Numbered from the stretch's first letter, positions 29,175-40,227 are shown. The stretch: DNA of 64,000 bases from Candidatus Moanibacter sp. (GCA_965215885.1 CBDCEW010000104.1:96001-160000), one strand, 5' to 3'. Numbers and translations are program-made. The notes: generated by a model not told the origin, from the letters alone.

Positions 29175-29205
29175 TGTAATTAGTATGATGGTGGAAATAG
29201 GAAAG

Positions 29206-29301
29206 AATTGCAATTCTAAGACACATTGTAGTTGTATACCGCGCGCCACCCCGGCACAAGACCGAGGCAGCCAGCAATGGAAGGGATGACGCTAAACAGG
29301 C
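29206..29301. repeat. MITE family C arm (solo or partial)
   Basis: ccaccccggcacaagaccgaggcagccagcaat...acgctaaacagg matches 5321-5362 and the reverse complement of 2159-2234. Confidence 0.8.
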
Positions 29302-29303
29302 AC

Positions 29304-29494
29304 CTAGCCCGAACATTTCACAAACCTTCTACTACGACGACGGATCTCACCGCGTGTCAAAGCCTTCCCTTGCCCGCCGACCTCAGAGGGTCTCAATCCC
29401 GGCAGGCCGGGATCGCCCGCCGTGCTGCGAAAAGGCACTGACACGCAACGATCTACGCCGTCTCGCTACGAAGTGTGTGAAATGTCCGGGCTAG
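29304..29494. mobile_element. MITE family D
   Basis: CTAG-CCCGAACATTTCACA...TGTGAAATGTCCGGG-CTAG inverted ends; internal hairpin ATCCCGGCAGGCCGGGAT; no ORF. Confidence 0.8.
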
Positions 29495-29518
29495 CTTGGA
29501 ATCGTCGCAACCGTTCTG

Positions 29519-30133
29519 CTAATCCACGAGAATGTCCGTATTTCCTGCCAGCCACCGTTTCAGGCTCTCAATTGTCAGCTCGGTCTCGTGTGAAGCCGCG
29601 CGCTGCTCTTGCAAGGGGAGTTTCAGGAGAGTCCTGGCCTTCTTCTGCTCTTCCTCGGGAATGTGTCGCAGCCAATCTTCCTTTACTGCATAGCCCTCTT
29701 CTCGCGCAAGCAGGTAGAGGATTTTGAAGTAGATAATCTCTGGACGTTGTCCGTTTTCCCAGTGCCGGAGGGCCTCCCTGAACAGTTCGTAGACAGTTTC
29801 GAATCTCTCCATGTGAATGAGGTTTATCTTCAAAATTCTGGCGAAGTCCGATGCGTAGAGCAGGCTAGGGTAGTGCCGACCGAGTCCTGAAGCCCGTTGT
29901 AGTACACGATACTCCTTTATAAACCACAGCTTATCCGATGAAGAGCTCTCTAGTTCAAGCTCCGCAAAATCGAGCAAGTCGGGCTGCGTTCGAGAATGAG
30001 GACTTCGAGATATTCGCTTCATGCAGTAGAGCAGTCCGTGCTCTCGAGAAAATATCGAGTAACGTCCAAAAGACTCGCCCGCAGATTCCTTACTTAGAAG
30101 TATCCCTTCCGTGGATAATTGCCTCTTTGGCAT
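29519..30133 (-). CDS. recO: DNA repair protein RecO-like
   Basis: TEGILLSKESAGES...IFSREHGLL OB-fold start; gene context with ybeY and phoH. Confidence 0.7.
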   Translation of the reverse strand: MPKRQLSTEGILLSKESAGESFGRYSIFSREHGLLYCMKRISRSPHSRTQPDLLDFAELELESSSSDKLWFIKEYRVLQRASGLGRHYPSLLYASDFARILKINLIHMERFETVYELFREALRHWENGQRPEIIYFKILYLLAREEGYAVKEDWLRHIPEEEQKKARTLLKLPLQEQRAASHETELTIESLKRWLAGNTDILVD

Positions 30134-30182
30134 TGGTAATTCGGGGGATCAGACGAGAATGGCTGCTAAGATTGAGAGCTCA

Positions 30183-30245
30183 TCGCTCGCGAGCGAGCTT
30201 CCTACAACGAATGTAAGTTATTGTAGGAAGGCTGCTTGCGGCCGA
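30183..30245. repeat. GTAG-type REP doublet
   Basis: tcgctcgcgagcgagcttCCTAC...GTAGGaaggctgcttgcggccga; partial copy gagcgagcttcctac at 5375-5389. Confidence 0.65.
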
Positions 30246-30317
30246 AGAGGAACTGGCCGGATTTACCTTTGATACCCATTAATTTAGCCCTGTTCGGTTC
30301 AGACGACCAATCTTATC

Positions 30318-30818
30318 TTAATGCTGTCCAAGCCTGGCACTTTTTCGCGGCTTGAATGAGGGTAGGACTCCGGCGTCTAACACGCGTGCCAAGAGCTCTT
30401 TTTCCGCGGCGCGCATCAGCTTTTGCAAAGCTTCATCTTTGTCATCGAGGCCGCATAGGTGAAGCCAGCCATGAATTAGATAAAGTGTGAGCTCCTTCGA
30501 AACGGGCAAACCGCGCTCCCTCGACGAATTCTCGGCATAGTCCACCGATACACAGATTTCCCCTGCGCTATCCATATCCGAATCACCGGGGAACGTGATG
30601 ACGTCGGTAGGAGAGGAATCTCTCAGATACGTTTCGTGAACACCGGACAGTTCAGTCTCGGAGAGAAAAGCGATCGACAGCTCTCCCGGAGGTGCGTCAA
30701 AGTCCTCTTGCCGGTCGAGAAAGTGGAAGAGCTCGGCGATGGCCTTCTCCCTGAAATGGAGGCCACTATGCCGGTTGATTACCAGAATGGGACGAGGCTC
30801 TCTCTCTTGCTTCGGCAT
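30318..30818 (-). CDS. ybeY: rRNA maturation RNase YbeY
   Basis: PTDVITF, IHGWLHLCGLDD. Confidence 0.93.
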   Translation of the reverse strand: MPKQEREPRPILVINRHSGLHFREKAIAELFHFLDRQEDFDAPPGELSIAFLSETELSGVHETYLRDSSPTDVITFPGDSDMDSAGEICVSVDYAENSSRERGLPVSKELTLYLIHGWLHLCGLDDKDEALQKLMRAAEKELLARVLDAGVLPSFKPRKSARLGQH

Positions 30819-33291
30819 ACGAGGCTGCTGCCTTGAGGGCTGACTTCGGGCGGCTCGGATGAGGAGTTTCGGAAGGTATCTTTTTGAATTTCCGGGCCCT
30901 TCTCCTGGTATCCTTTTGGACCTTTGACTGCGCGATCCTCTCGGCTTGAATTTGCTCCTTTTTTGACGGGTATACCAGTCGCGCGTGGAGCATATTTAAG
31001 AGGGTAAAGGAAAAGCTCTTTTTGATTTCCTTAACTTCCTCGAAGGTGAGTGGACAATCGGACAGCTGATTGTCATCAAGACGTTCTTGAAACATTTGGT
31101 CGAGCAGATCTTGGATCGACTGTGGAGTAACCTTCCTGAGACTGCGACTGGCCGCTTCTATGGAATCGGCGAAAAAGATGATCGCACTCTCCTTGAAACG
31201 CGGTTTCGGGCCGTCGTAGCGGTAGGTATTCTCATTGACCTTATCGAGTTCAATATTGGGCGCTCCCGGGAAAAAGGGCGGGGTTGAGCCCTTCTCCTTC
31301 TCTCGAAGTGCCTTATAGTAGAAGTACTGTATCAAGCTGGTACCGTGGTGCTGTTTGATGACGTCGACGATCAGTTTGGGAAGCTTGTAATCGTGGGCCA
31401 GATGGACGCCTTCCCTGACGTGACTCTTGATTACAAGTGCGCTCATCGAGGGATTTTTTTCAAGATGCGGGTTGACGCCCTGTTGCTGATTTTCCGTGAA
31501 GTAATCCGGCTTGATTGTCTTTCCAATATCATGGAAAAGGGAGCAGACTCTACAGGCCAGGGGGTTGGCCCCGACAGCAGCGGCGGCGTTTTCCGATAAG
31601 TTTGCCACCATCAAACTATGGTGATAGCTTCCAGGGGCCGCCACCTGCATACGCCGAAGGAGGGGATGGTTAAAGTCGGTGAGCTCGAGGAGGGAGATGT
31701 CCGTGGTCAATTTAAACAGATGTTCGAGGACCGGTAGAAAACCCACTACCGCAATACCGGTGACCACGCCTATGAACAGACTGACAAATATCTGCTCACC
31801 AATAGTAACGGAAGCGAGAACGTCGCGCAGGCCCAGGAAAAAAGCGCATACGGCAACACTGAGACCGGAAAACGCACCGGCGCGCACCACCCGGGCACGT
31901 ACCTGGACGTCGCGGCAGAAGTAAATACTGACGAGCGAGGAAAGAATTGACACAAGCAGTATGGTTATGGAACTGCCTTGCATAATAGAATTAAAAATAC
32001 TGATCAGCACCGCTACGAAGACGCCCTGCCGTGGGCCGATCAGTATGGCCACAAGAATGGGACCTAAGGCGGTTGGAGCGAGATAGGGAAGCACGGCGGT
32101 TAAATCGAACCTGCTATCGCTGATAATGCTGGCTTCTCCTACTTCGAGTATAAGACGTATGATAGCCAGATTCAGAAGTATCACCACCGCTGCGAGGAGG
32201 AATTTATGGTGGTGCTCCCGGAGTTCCTGGCTGCCCACTCTGAGATAGAGAGCGGCTGACAATAGTACCGCGATGGACATCAGAAGCCGATCCCAGAGCA
32301 AAGAGTTAAAAGCCAGAGAGATGTCGGACTCTACTTTCAGTTTTTGACGATAGGCATTGAGTCGCTCAATGTCTATCGGTGTAACCTTGAGCCCCGGTTC
32401 AATAATTGCCTGACCCTCCGTCACACTGATAGAGACTGGATCGACCCCTTTGGCCACTTCCGCGATCTTCTTTTCACTTCTCTTCTGGTCGTATACCAGG
32501 TTTGGGGTCAATCCCTTGCGCAAGAGACGATATACAGTCACGGAGAGTTCGCGTGAGATATCGAGAAACGAAAGATTGATGCGAAGAAAACGCAGGCCAT
32601 CTTCCTCGGATTGAACTTCGATCTGGGCAATATGTCCCGAGTCTCTCTGTATATCAAAAAAACTGAGGCCTCCCGATTCAGCCTGTATCTTGGCATGTTC
32701 ATCGTCGTATACGCCCTCTCGATAGATCTCGCGAAGAATCATTAGGCCCTCGCTCAGAATAACCGATCGCCTTTCAGAGTCCGTTTCTGTGAGCAAGACA
32801 TCAATGTCTTCACTATTGAGATTATACGATCCGCGCGGTTCGAAATTGCTCACGAACTCCTGCACGAGGTTTATTCGCCCCTCCGCGGGAGCAGAGTTTA
32901 GCTCCTCCTCCAACTTTTCGAGAGCGGCGCTTAGACGGTGGATATATTTCTCAAACCTCTCGTAAGGTTCGGTGTTGAGACGGTAAATCGGAGGCACTCG
33001 TTTTCGTCGCTGCTCAACGAGCTGATCAGTGAGAATTTCACTTTCGTAGGAAAAGGGGATCTCAGCTACAACCCGGGTGCGTGCAACTTGATTAGGCAGG
33101 ATCTGAGGACCTGCGGGAGATAGCCCGACGAAACAGACAAACACGAGAAGACCGCAGAATGCGAGCACCGTCAGTGAGGTTAGAACCGTCTTGATATCCA
33201 GCGTGTTCAGAGTGACTGGCTTATCACCGCGGAGACGCTTGCGCCGTGAAGCATCCGTTCTTTCCTTTTTTGTCTTCTTAAGAAAGCTCAT
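30766..33291 (-). CDS. 7TM-HD membrane phosphohydrolase (PgpH/YqfF-like)
   Basis: Extracellular domain, transmembrane bundle, PGSYHHS, FHDIGK, QHHGTS, ADSIEAASRS. Confidence 0.93.
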   Translation of the reverse strand: MSFLKKTKKERTDASRRKRLRGDKPVTLNTLDIKTVLTSLTVLAFCGLLVFVCFVGLSPAGPQILPNQVARTRVVAEIPFSYESEILTDQLVEQRRKRVPPIYRLNTEPYERFEKYIHRLSAALEKLEEELNSAPAEGRINLVQEFVSNFEPRGSYNLNSEDIDVLLTETDSERRSVILSEGLMILREIYREGVYDDEHAKIQAESGGLSFFDIQRDSGHIAQIEVQSEEDGLRFLRINLSFLDISRELSVTVYRLLRKGLTPNLVYDQKRSEKKIAEVAKGVDPVSISVTEGQAIIEPGLKVTPIDIERLNAYRQKLKVESDISLAFNSLLWDRLLMSIAVLLSAALYLRVGSQELREHHHKFLLAAVVILLNLAIIRLILEVGEASIISDSRFDLTAVLPYLAPTALGPILVAILIGPRQGVFVAVLISIFNSIMQGSSITILLVSILSSLVSIYFCRDVQVRARVVRAGAFSGLSVAVCAFFLGLRDVLASVTIGEQIFVSLFIGVVTGIAVVGFLPVLEHLFKLTTDISLLELTDFNHPLLRRMQVAAPGSYHHSLMVANLSENAAAAVGANPLACRVCSLFHDIGKTIKPDYFTENQQQGVNPHLEKNPSMSALVIKSHVREGVHLAHDYKLPKLIVDVIKQHHGTSLIQYFYYKALREKEKGSTPPFFPGAPNIELDKVNENTYRYDGPKPRFKESAIIFFADSIEAASRSLRKVTPQSIQDLLDQMFQERLDDNQLSDCPLTFEEVKEIKKSFSFTLLNMLHARLVYPSKKEQIQAERIAQSKVQKDTRRRARKFKKIPSETPHPSRPKSALKAAASYAEARERASSHSGNQPA

Positions 33292-33383
33292 TCTTAAAAT
33301 TGATACTACGGGAGCCTTCTACTGCCCCCAATTTCGGTTCTACTGGGACATACATCTCCGTAGATTCGAATTTGAGTACTTAG

Positions 33384-34346
33384 TTACGATTTTTCGATTC
33401 GAGAATACTCAGCGTAGGCCTCGATAATGTCCTGGACTATGGGATGACGCACGACATCGCATCCTTCGAGAAACATGAAGGTGAGATTGTTCACATTTTT
33501 AAGTACTTCTATTACATGCTTCAGCCCTGAACGCATTTTTCTCGGTAAATCAATCTGCGTGATATCTCCGGTCACCACCATTTTACTCCTGTCACCCATA
33601 CGTGTGAGGAACATCATCATCTGTTCCGGAGTTGTATTTTGCGCTTCATCAAGAATAATGAATGAATTCGAAAGTGTCCGACCTCGCATATAAGCGAGTG
33701 GTGCGATTTCTACGATATTGCGCTCAATAAGTTTCCGCGATTGTTCCCTTCCAAAAATGTCGTACATCGCGTCGTATAGAGGTCGCAAATAGGGTTGGAT
33801 CTTTTCCATGAGATCGCCCGGTAGAAATCCAAGAGCCTCTCCTGCCTCCACAGCCGGCCTCGTGAGTATGAGATTGTCCACTTCTTCCTTGAGCAGAGCA
33901 TCAATCGCACAAGCCATGGCAAGGTAGGTCTTCCCGGTGCCTGCCGGACCAATGCCGAATACGATCTCCTTTTGCTGTATGGCCTGTAGGTACTTTTTTT
34001 GATTTATGGTTTTCGGTACGACGCTCGTCTTCTTGATGTGAAGAACTACAGGTTCGGAAAAAATACTCTTTGCTTCTTCGCTGTGGCCGTTGGCAACGGC
34101 TTTTACCATGTTTCGAAAGTCGGCTATGCCAATGTTGAGGCCCTGTGATCGTCCCTCATTGAGGATATTAAAGAGAGTCTCTACTTTATCGATCGCATCC
34201 GATTCCCCCTCAACTTGAAGCCAGTCATCGCGTGTGATTATTTTGACTACAAGGGCACCCTCAACAAGGGCCAGGTTTTCGTCATTCCCGCAGTAGAGTT
34301 GATTAAGGAGACGGGGATTCTGAAAATGGAGAGTTTTTTCAGGCAT
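33384..34346 (-). CDS. phoH: PhoH family ATPase
   Basis: GPAGTGKTYLA, AYMRGRTL, DEAQN, GDITQIDL. Confidence 0.96.
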   Translation of the reverse strand: MPEKTLHFQNPRLLNQLYCGNDENLALVEGALVVKIITRDDWLQVEGESDAIDKVETLFNILNEGRSQGLNIGIADFRNMVKAVANGHSEEAKSIFSEPVVLHIKKTSVVPKTINQKKYLQAIQQKEIVFGIGPAGTGKTYLAMACAIDALLKEEVDNLILTRPAVEAGEALGFLPGDLMEKIQPYLRPLYDAMYDIFGREQSRKLIERNIVEIAPLAYMRGRTLSNSFIILDEAQNTTPEQMMMFLTRMGDRSKMVVTGDITQIDLPRKMRSGLKHVIEVLKNVNNLTFMFLEGCDVVRHPIVQDIIEAYAEYSRIEKS

Positions 34347-34389
34347 CGCTAGTGTAAATAGGACGAATCAGAACCACATTCGGTGCGGT

Positions 34390-34627
34390 TCAGCAGCGCG
34401 CTCTCAATTGTTTCCAGGTTTCTACGAGCGCTTGCGGTAGTATCTTCGTCTCTCCTATTACGGGCATGAAGTTTGTGTCTCCACTCCAACGGGGAACAAT
34501 TCCAGACGATCAGAGCATCTTTGTCATTATCGGTCTGAGATAGCTGTGCAAATGGATTACCCTTTCCCTCTTTCGTTTTCGGGTTCTTGATATACTCCAT
34601 TCGCCAGAATGAATGGAGAATTTCCAT
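34390..34627 (-). pseudogene. HIT family (Ap4A phosphorylase-like) gene with internal deletion
   Basis: N-terminus MEILHSFWRMEYI...DALIVW is joined out of frame to the C-terminus IVPRWSGDTNFMPVIGETKILPQALVETWKQLRARC*. The NxxPY and HxHxH core is absent. Confidence 0.85.
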
Positions 34628-34883
34628 ATAAGTATCTAGCTGGTAGCAGGGAATCTTCAGATGATCGACTTACGCCCGAAACGAAAACGGGCCGTTAATT
34701 GGTACTTTACCATATTTAATGAAAAAAGCGGCAAGCCTAAAATTTCGCCCGTTCAGTCCAGATTCTGGATTGCGACAGAGCTCAATTCTTTGGTTGCGGT
34801 CGCCGGAAGCACTGTTTTAAGCCTCTGTCCTTATTTACCTGGCCGGAGTGTATATCTTTCACGTTGAAATCTGAATATCAGAG

Positions 34884-35330
34884 ATGTTGCGATTATCTGG
34901 TAGCGACGGATTCCTGGTGGTTTCGAGTTTGATATTCATGGTCGCCGTCCTCTGCGGGCAGATTGTTCCTGATGCTCCGGTGATCGATTTCAAGTTGCCG
35001 ATGTTTGGTGAGAACGGGTACAAAATCTGGGAATTGCAGGGCGAGGAGGGGCGCTTTGTGAATCCCGAGAGAATTGATGTCGCGGGCATGACTCTTAAAG
35101 TATTCTCCGGACAGGCGGATCTCAAATTGGAGACGACTATTGAAAGTCCCATTGCGTCAATGTATATCGAGGAAAGCCGGGCAACGGGCGAATCAGCCTT
35201 GAAGATCACTGGGCCGAACTATCTCGTCGAGGGAGCAGACTGGATCTGGTATGGAACTACGCGAACCGTTTACGTGAAAAGGGCGGTCCGGGTCATTTTT
35301 GATCAAAAATTAATCGATATCTTAAAATAA
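34884..35330 (+). CDS. LptC-like LPS export protein
   Basis: N-terminal hydrophobic segment, beta-rich body, first gene of the lptA-lptB operon. Confidence 0.65.
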   Translation: MLRLSGSDGFLVVSSLIFMVAVLCGQIVPDAPVIDFKLPMFGENGYKIWELQGEEGRFVNPERIDVAGMTLKVFSGQADLKLETTIESPIASMYIEESRATGESALKITGPNYLVEGADWIWYGTTRTVYVKRAVRVIFDQKLIDILK

Positions 35331-35332
35331 TC

Positions 35333-36007
35333 GTGGTCAGATTTTTGCATAAACGGAGTATTCTTCTTCTCCCAATCTTGATCGTAAGTGTCTCTTTTCT
35401 CCGGAGTGATGTTGGAGAAATGGATGACGCGAAAAGCAGCGAGTCCCATAAGACTGTTATTCAGAGTGAGTCTCTTGAGATGCGGAGCACACCGATAAGG
35501 AACTACTTCTATTTTCAAACAAACGTCCGAGTAGAGGGAAACAACCTCCTTGTGACTTGCAATAATCTTGAGGTGACTGCGACACGGGGTGGGGGGGGCG
35601 ATGATCCCAATGCCACCATCGGCGAGTTTGGGACGATCGAGAGCATTGTGGCTACCGGCGACGTCGAGATCCTGCAGGCCGGGCGGAGAGCTGAAGCGGG
35701 TCGGGCGCAGGTTCTGCCTCACTTGGGAAAGGTTGTACTGACGGAGAATCCGAGGGTCTTTGATGTCCACGGAGAGGTCTCCGGCTGGCGTATTACGCTT
35801 CTCAAGAATGAACGACGTGCGGTTGTGGAGAACAATCCCGAAGATGGTAGACAACGTCCAACCGTGGTTCTCAGCGAATTGCCGGATCTCGGCTTTGAAT
35901 CTGTTGAGAATTCAGACCAGGCCGAAAGTGAACCAGTTGGTTCGTTTCAGGAAACCCCGACGGGACCAACGGATACTCAGGAAATCGTCGAGCGCGAGAT
36001 GCCTTGA
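35333..36007 (+). CDS. lptA: LptA/OstA family protein
   Basis: IVATGDVEI, VVLTENPRV; precedes lptB. Confidence 0.8.
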   Translation: MVRFLHKRSILLLPILIVSVSFLRSDVGEMDDAKSSESHKTVIQSESLEMRSTPIRNYFYFQTNVRVEGNNLLVTCNNLEVTATRGGGGDDPNATIGEFGTIESIVATGDVEILQAGRRAEAGRAQVLPHLGKVVLTENPRVFDVHGEVSGWRITLLKNERRAVVENNPEDGRQRPTVVLSELPDLGFESVENSDQAESEPVGSFQETPTGPTDTQEIVEREMP

Positions 36008-36026
36008 CCTGGTATCTTAGACTTCA

Positions 36027-36761
36027 GTGAAAGACGCCAAATCATCGCTCAGAACAGTTGGCCTCGTCAAGGTCTTCGGTAGCCGCCGGGTCGTGGATGG
36101 CATCGACATGAGAGTTGAAGCCGGCGAAGTCGTCGGTCTACTTGGACCAAATGGCGCAGGAAAGACTACCTCCTTCTATATTATTGTCGGTCTCATGCCG
36201 GCAACGAAGGGAACCGTATTCCTTGACAGTCTCGATATTACGAAAATACCGATGTATAAGCGCGCCCGTCTTGGCATTGGTTATTTGCCTCAGGAGCCCT
36301 CCGTTTTTCGAAAATTAACCGTAGAAGAGAATCTTCGTGCGGTTGTCGAGACACTGCCTATTAGACGTCGGGAACGCATGGATATAGTCGCGCGGCACCT
36401 CCATGACTTGGGTTTGACCCATCTGAGTGGACAAAAAGCCTTCACCCTTAGTGGGGGCGAGCGTCGACGCTTGGAGATTTCTCGAGCACTCCTCACTCAA
36501 CCAAGATTCCTCCTCATGGACGAACCTTTTAGCGGGGTCGACCCGATCAGTGTCAGCGATGTGCAAGACATTATCCTTGACCTGAAAATCAAAGGGATTG
36601 GTGTGCTCGTTACCGACCACAATGTTCGCGAAACTTTGAAAATTGTCGATCGAGCTTACCTTCTGTATGAAGGCAAGGTGCTCAGCGAGGGGAGTAGCGA
36701 CTTTCTCATCAATGATCCTCAAAGTCGCCGATTTTACCTGGGTGAGAATTTTGACCTTTAA
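36027..36761 (+). CDS. lptB: LPS export ABC ATPase
   Basis: GPNGAGKTT, YLPQEPSVF, LSGGERRRLE, TDHNVRETL. Confidence 0.97.
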   Translation: MKDAKSSLRTVGLVKVFGSRRVVDGIDMRVEAGEVVGLLGPNGAGKTTSFYIIVGLMPATKGTVFLDSLDITKIPMYKRARLGIGYLPQEPSVFRKLTVEENLRAVVETLPIRRRERMDIVARHLHDLGLTHLSGQKAFTLSGGERRRLEISRALLTQPRFLLMDEPFSGVDPISVSDVQDIILDLKIKGIGVLVTDHNVRETLKIVDRAYLLYEGKVLSEGSSDFLINDPQSRRFYLGENFDL

Positions 36762-36822
36762 CCCGGGTTTAACCATTGATCATTCGCGTTGATCATGTAG
36801 AAGAGATTTCCGAACTCGAAAC

Positions 36823-37776
36823 ATGAAGGGAAAACTGAAGGTTGTCGAAAGCATCTCGGTTGAGGAGTTCTATGATTCTTTCAAGGATGAGTTAAAACTC
36901 CACCTCGTCGCCGGAGAAAAGGGGCTTAAGTCCCATATTCGCGAAAAGAGTATCAATCGCCCCTCACTTGTCCTGACCGGATTCTACAAATATTTTGCCG
37001 CAAAACGAATACAACTGTTTGGCGCAGGCGAAATGGGGTATATGCGCGAATTGGTTGAAGAGAGACAGAGGGCCGTTCTTAAAGAAATGGTTGCGAGAAA
37101 AATTCCCTGTATAATCGTTTCTCGTAATTTGGTTCCCACCAGGTGTATGTTCGAAATTGCCGAAGATTCGGCCATTCCCATGATGCGCTCCCCTTTGACT
37201 TCCTGGGACTTTACGGTTATGGCTGACGTCCTGCTCGAGGAGAAGTTTGCCCCGAGCATTTCCGAACACGGTACTATGTTGGACGTTAAGGGTATTGGAA
37301 CTTTGATTCGAGGAGGAAGTGGAATCGGAAAAAGTGAGTGCGCACTCGCTTTGATTGAACAGGGTCACAGCCTCGTGGCGGACGATCTCGTCCACATAAA
37401 GCTTCTTCATGAAAGAGAGCTCATGGCCACCAGCTCGGAGCTGAATCGCGGCTACATGGAGTGCCGCGGACTCGGCATCATTAATGTAGGGGAGATTTTT
37501 GGTATCCGCTCAATCCGATTGGAGAAGCGAATTGATATGGTCATCACTTTTATTGAGTGGGCACCAGGAATGGTGGAAGAACGAACCGGACTCGAACAGA
37601 ATTACTTTGAAATCCTTAATACCAGGGTTCCGCATATTGAACTGCCGGTTCGTCCGGGTCGGGATCTCGCACATCTTGTAGAATTGGCTGCCATGGTCCA
37701 GGCACTTAAGGGTATCGGTCATGATTCCGCTCGGGAGTTTAACGACCAGCTTATTGCACACATGGCTCAGAAATGA
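36823..37776 (+). CDS. hprK: HPr(Ser) kinase/phosphatase
   Basis: [32 protein letters not shown]. Confidence 0.96.
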   Translation: MKGKLKVVESISVEEFYDSFKDELKLHLVAGEKGLKSHIREKSINRPSLVLTGFYKYFAAKRIQLFGAGEMGYMRELVEERQRAVLKEMVARKIPCIIVSRNLVPTRCMFEIAEDSAIPMMRSPLTSWDFTVMADVLLEEKFAPSISEHGTMLDVKGIGTLIRGGSGIGKSECALALIEQGHSLVADDLVHIKLLHERELMATSSELNRGYMECRGLGIINVGEIFGIRSIRLEKRIDMVITFIEWAPGMVEERTGLEQNYFEILNTRVPHIELPVRPGRDLAHLVELAAMVQALKGIGHDSAREFNDQLIAHMAQK

Positions 37777-38304
37777 GCGATTTCCATCTCTCGGATCACA
37801 ATCTTTAATGATTCAGTGATTTTTTGTTACAATTCTCGTTTTCCTGGGCGAATTGAGATCGCTATTACTAACGGTGAGGAATCGGAAGTGCGCTGAGGTT
37901 CAGGGCTTTGCGCTTGTGTTAGAAAACAGTGGGATTGGCAACACTTTTCGGGGAAAAGTTATCAGCAGAGTTTTTGTGAATAAGTTGTTAGAAAGTTGAA
38001 CTTGAAAACCTTGCACCTTTGCAGGTTACTTATGCTTCTTGGGAAGGGTAAGGTGCTTGGATTAATCTCTCGAATTTGGACTCTGATAGTGCCCTTTTTT
38101 CCGTGAAGGGAACTTAATTTTCATAAGATGTTGTTAATCAATAGATTACAGATTTTGTCCGATTCTCTGAAAGTTGATTGCATCAATAAGGTAGGTAATT
38201 GCTTCGACATCCTTGGAAAAGAGACTGAGCTTACAGGTGTAGCATACAGGCCCTTTCCCGGGAGTTTGTATCAAGTGTGAATAAATAGCCGAATTTTTCA
38301 ATTC
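37777..38304. promoter_or_regulatory. AT-rich dnaA upstream region with DnaA-box-like sites
   Basis: TGTGAATAA (reverse complement TTATTCACA) at 37975-37983 and 38276-38284; weaker TTATCAGCA near 37959. Confidence 0.5.
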
Positions 38305-39696
38305 ATGTCACAGACTGCGCTAAAAAGGGATCTCTGGAGTGTTGTAATGTCTGAGCTGAGATCTATGTTTCCTCACGATGTTTATGAGACTTGGTTCGAT
38401 ACTCTAAAGCGTATTAATGAGAGCGAAGATTCGATAGTTATCGGCACTCCCAGCGAATTCGCGGCATATTGGATTCAAGACAATTATCTCGATCTTATAA
38501 GCCAAAAAGTGCGATCGGCGGCAGGACGGCCCATGAATGTCGTAATCGAGGTTACAGACCAGAAGAATTCCGATGGTCCAGGGCAACCTTCCTCTAAAGC
38601 CGTAGACAGCGGACAAAACGGAGGGAAGACGGAGTATCGAACGAAAAGGAAGAGGAAAATCCAGGCTCCCCTTTTGAATCCGCGCAATACCTTTGAGAAC
38701 TTTGTTGTCGGTTCCAGTAATCAGCTTGCTCATGCTGCCAGTATCGCGGTGGCAAAGGCGCCGGCGAGAGCATACAATCCATTGTTCTTGTATGGTGATA
38801 CCGGCTTGGGAAAGACCCATTTGATGCATGCTGTGGCGCACTTCACTCTCGATCAGAATCCCGAGGCTCAAGTGGTTTACGTCTCATGCGAAAAATTCAC
38901 TAACGAATTCATTCGAGCAATTCAGGAGAACGACCTCGTAAACTTTCGCAAATTCTATCGCACCATCGATGTGCTGCTTATCGACGATATTCATTTCCTG
39001 GCTGGTAAGGAAAGGATACAGGAGGAGTTTTTTCATACTTTTAACGAGCTGTTTGAATCCCAGAGGCAGATATGCCTTTCCAGCGATTGCCCCGCCAGTG
39101 AAATATCCAAACTGGAGAATCGTCTCGTCTCACGGTTTCAATGGGGAATGGTGACGGACATTCAGGCGCCTGACTTTGAAACGCGTTTGGCGATTCTCAC
39201 TAAGAAAGCAGCTGCCCAGGGTTTTAGTATTCCTGACGAGATTCTTCAGTTTCTGGCTCAAAGTATTACGAGAAACGTTCGCAGGTTGGAAGGAGCACTC
39301 GTCAGCGTGGCTAGCTATACTACGCTCATCAATAAGCCCCTCGATATTGAAACTGTCGAAAAACTGCTCCAGCATATCTTACAGGAGGAGGCTAATAATC
39401 AGGTTACGATAGATCGGATTCAGAAGAAAGTCGTCGAGCACTATAACCTCCGTTCCAGCGACATGGTAAGTAAACGCCGGCCTAGTAATATCGCATTTCC
39501 CAGGCAGATAGCCATGTATTTGAGCCGCATGCTTACCAACCATAGTCTTCAGGAGATCGGGGAATCTTTTGGAGGTCGTGATCACGGTACCGTAATTCAC
39601 GCATGCAAAACGGTTGAGAATATGATGGATCAGGACGAATCTGTTAAGCGCAGCGTAGAATATTTGGGTAATCAGCTCTCCTATCAAAACGTTTGA
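38305..39696 (+). CDS. dnaA: Chromosomal replication initiator
   Basis: [39 protein letters not shown]. Confidence 0.98.
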   Translation: MSQTALKRDLWSVVMSELRSMFPHDVYETWFDTLKRINESEDSIVIGTPSEFAAYWIQDNYLDLISQKVRSAAGRPMNVVIEVTDQKNSDGPGQPSSKAVDSGQNGGKTEYRTKRKRKIQAPLLNPRNTFENFVVGSSNQLAHAASIAVAKAPARAYNPLFLYGDTGLGKTHLMHAVAHFTLDQNPEAQVVYVSCEKFTNEFIRAIQENDLVNFRKFYRTIDVLLIDDIHFLAGKERIQEEFFHTFNELFESQRQICLSSDCPASEISKLENRLVSRFQWGMVTDIQAPDFETRLAILTKKAAAQGFSIPDEILQFLAQSITRNVRRLEGALVSVASYTTLINKPLDIETVEKLLQHILQEEANNQVTIDRIQKKVVEHYNLRSSDMVSKRRPSNIAFPRQIAMYLSRMLTNHSLQEIGESFGGRDHGTVIHACKTVENMMDQDESVKRSVEYLGNQLSYQNV

Positions 39697-40227
39697 GTGA
39701 TGGACGTCACTCCCGAACTTGGGGAAGCCGTCGCGGAGTGGGTTGGAGAGGGTTTCTCCCTCTCTGAGATTCAGCGGCTCCTCTCAGAGAAATTTGGCCG
39801 TTCCCTGACATATATGGATGTGCGGTTTCTGGTCGATGATCTTGGTCTGAGTTTACAGGATGCAGAGACGGATCAAGCGTCGGAGCAAGATTCCGCTCCT
39901 TCTTCGATTGGGCGAGCTACCGAACCTTCCTCAGGGGAGGATGCGGAATTAGAAATCTCCGGCGCCTCTTCCAATTCCTCAGCGATGGTTGGTGAAAATG
40001 ATATTCTTTCGGCGTCCGTTCGGGTAGAAGTAGATAGCTTGGTCAGGCCGGGAGCGGTAGTCAGTGGTTCTGCGGTTTTCAGCGATGGGATGAAGGCGGA
40101 TTGGTTCATTGATCAATTGGGCCGCCTCGGATTGCACCCGAAAGTTGAAGGGTATCAACCGAGCGAAGAAGATCTTCAGGCATTTCAAAGTGAATTGCAG
40201 GGCATTTTGCAGAAGAAAGGGTTTTGA
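39697..40227 (+). CDS. Conserved hypothetical protein abutting dnaA
   Basis: 176-aa ORF starting immediately after the dnaA stop; HTH-like N-terminus; WFIDQLGRLGL. Confidence 0.8.
   Translation: MMDVTPELGEAVAEWVGEGFSLSEIQRLLSEKFGRSLTYMDVRFLVDDLGLSLQDAETDQASEQDSAPSSIGRATEPSSGEDAELEISGASSNSSAMVGENDILSASVRVEVDSLVRPGAVVSGSAVFSDGMKADWFIDQLGRLGLHPKVEGYQPSEEDLQAFQSELQGILQKKGF

Noticed and set aside
29330..29470. Structured ncRNA (SRP or 6S-like)
   Set aside because: Lacks recognisable conserved motifs and lies within the inverted ends of MITE D.
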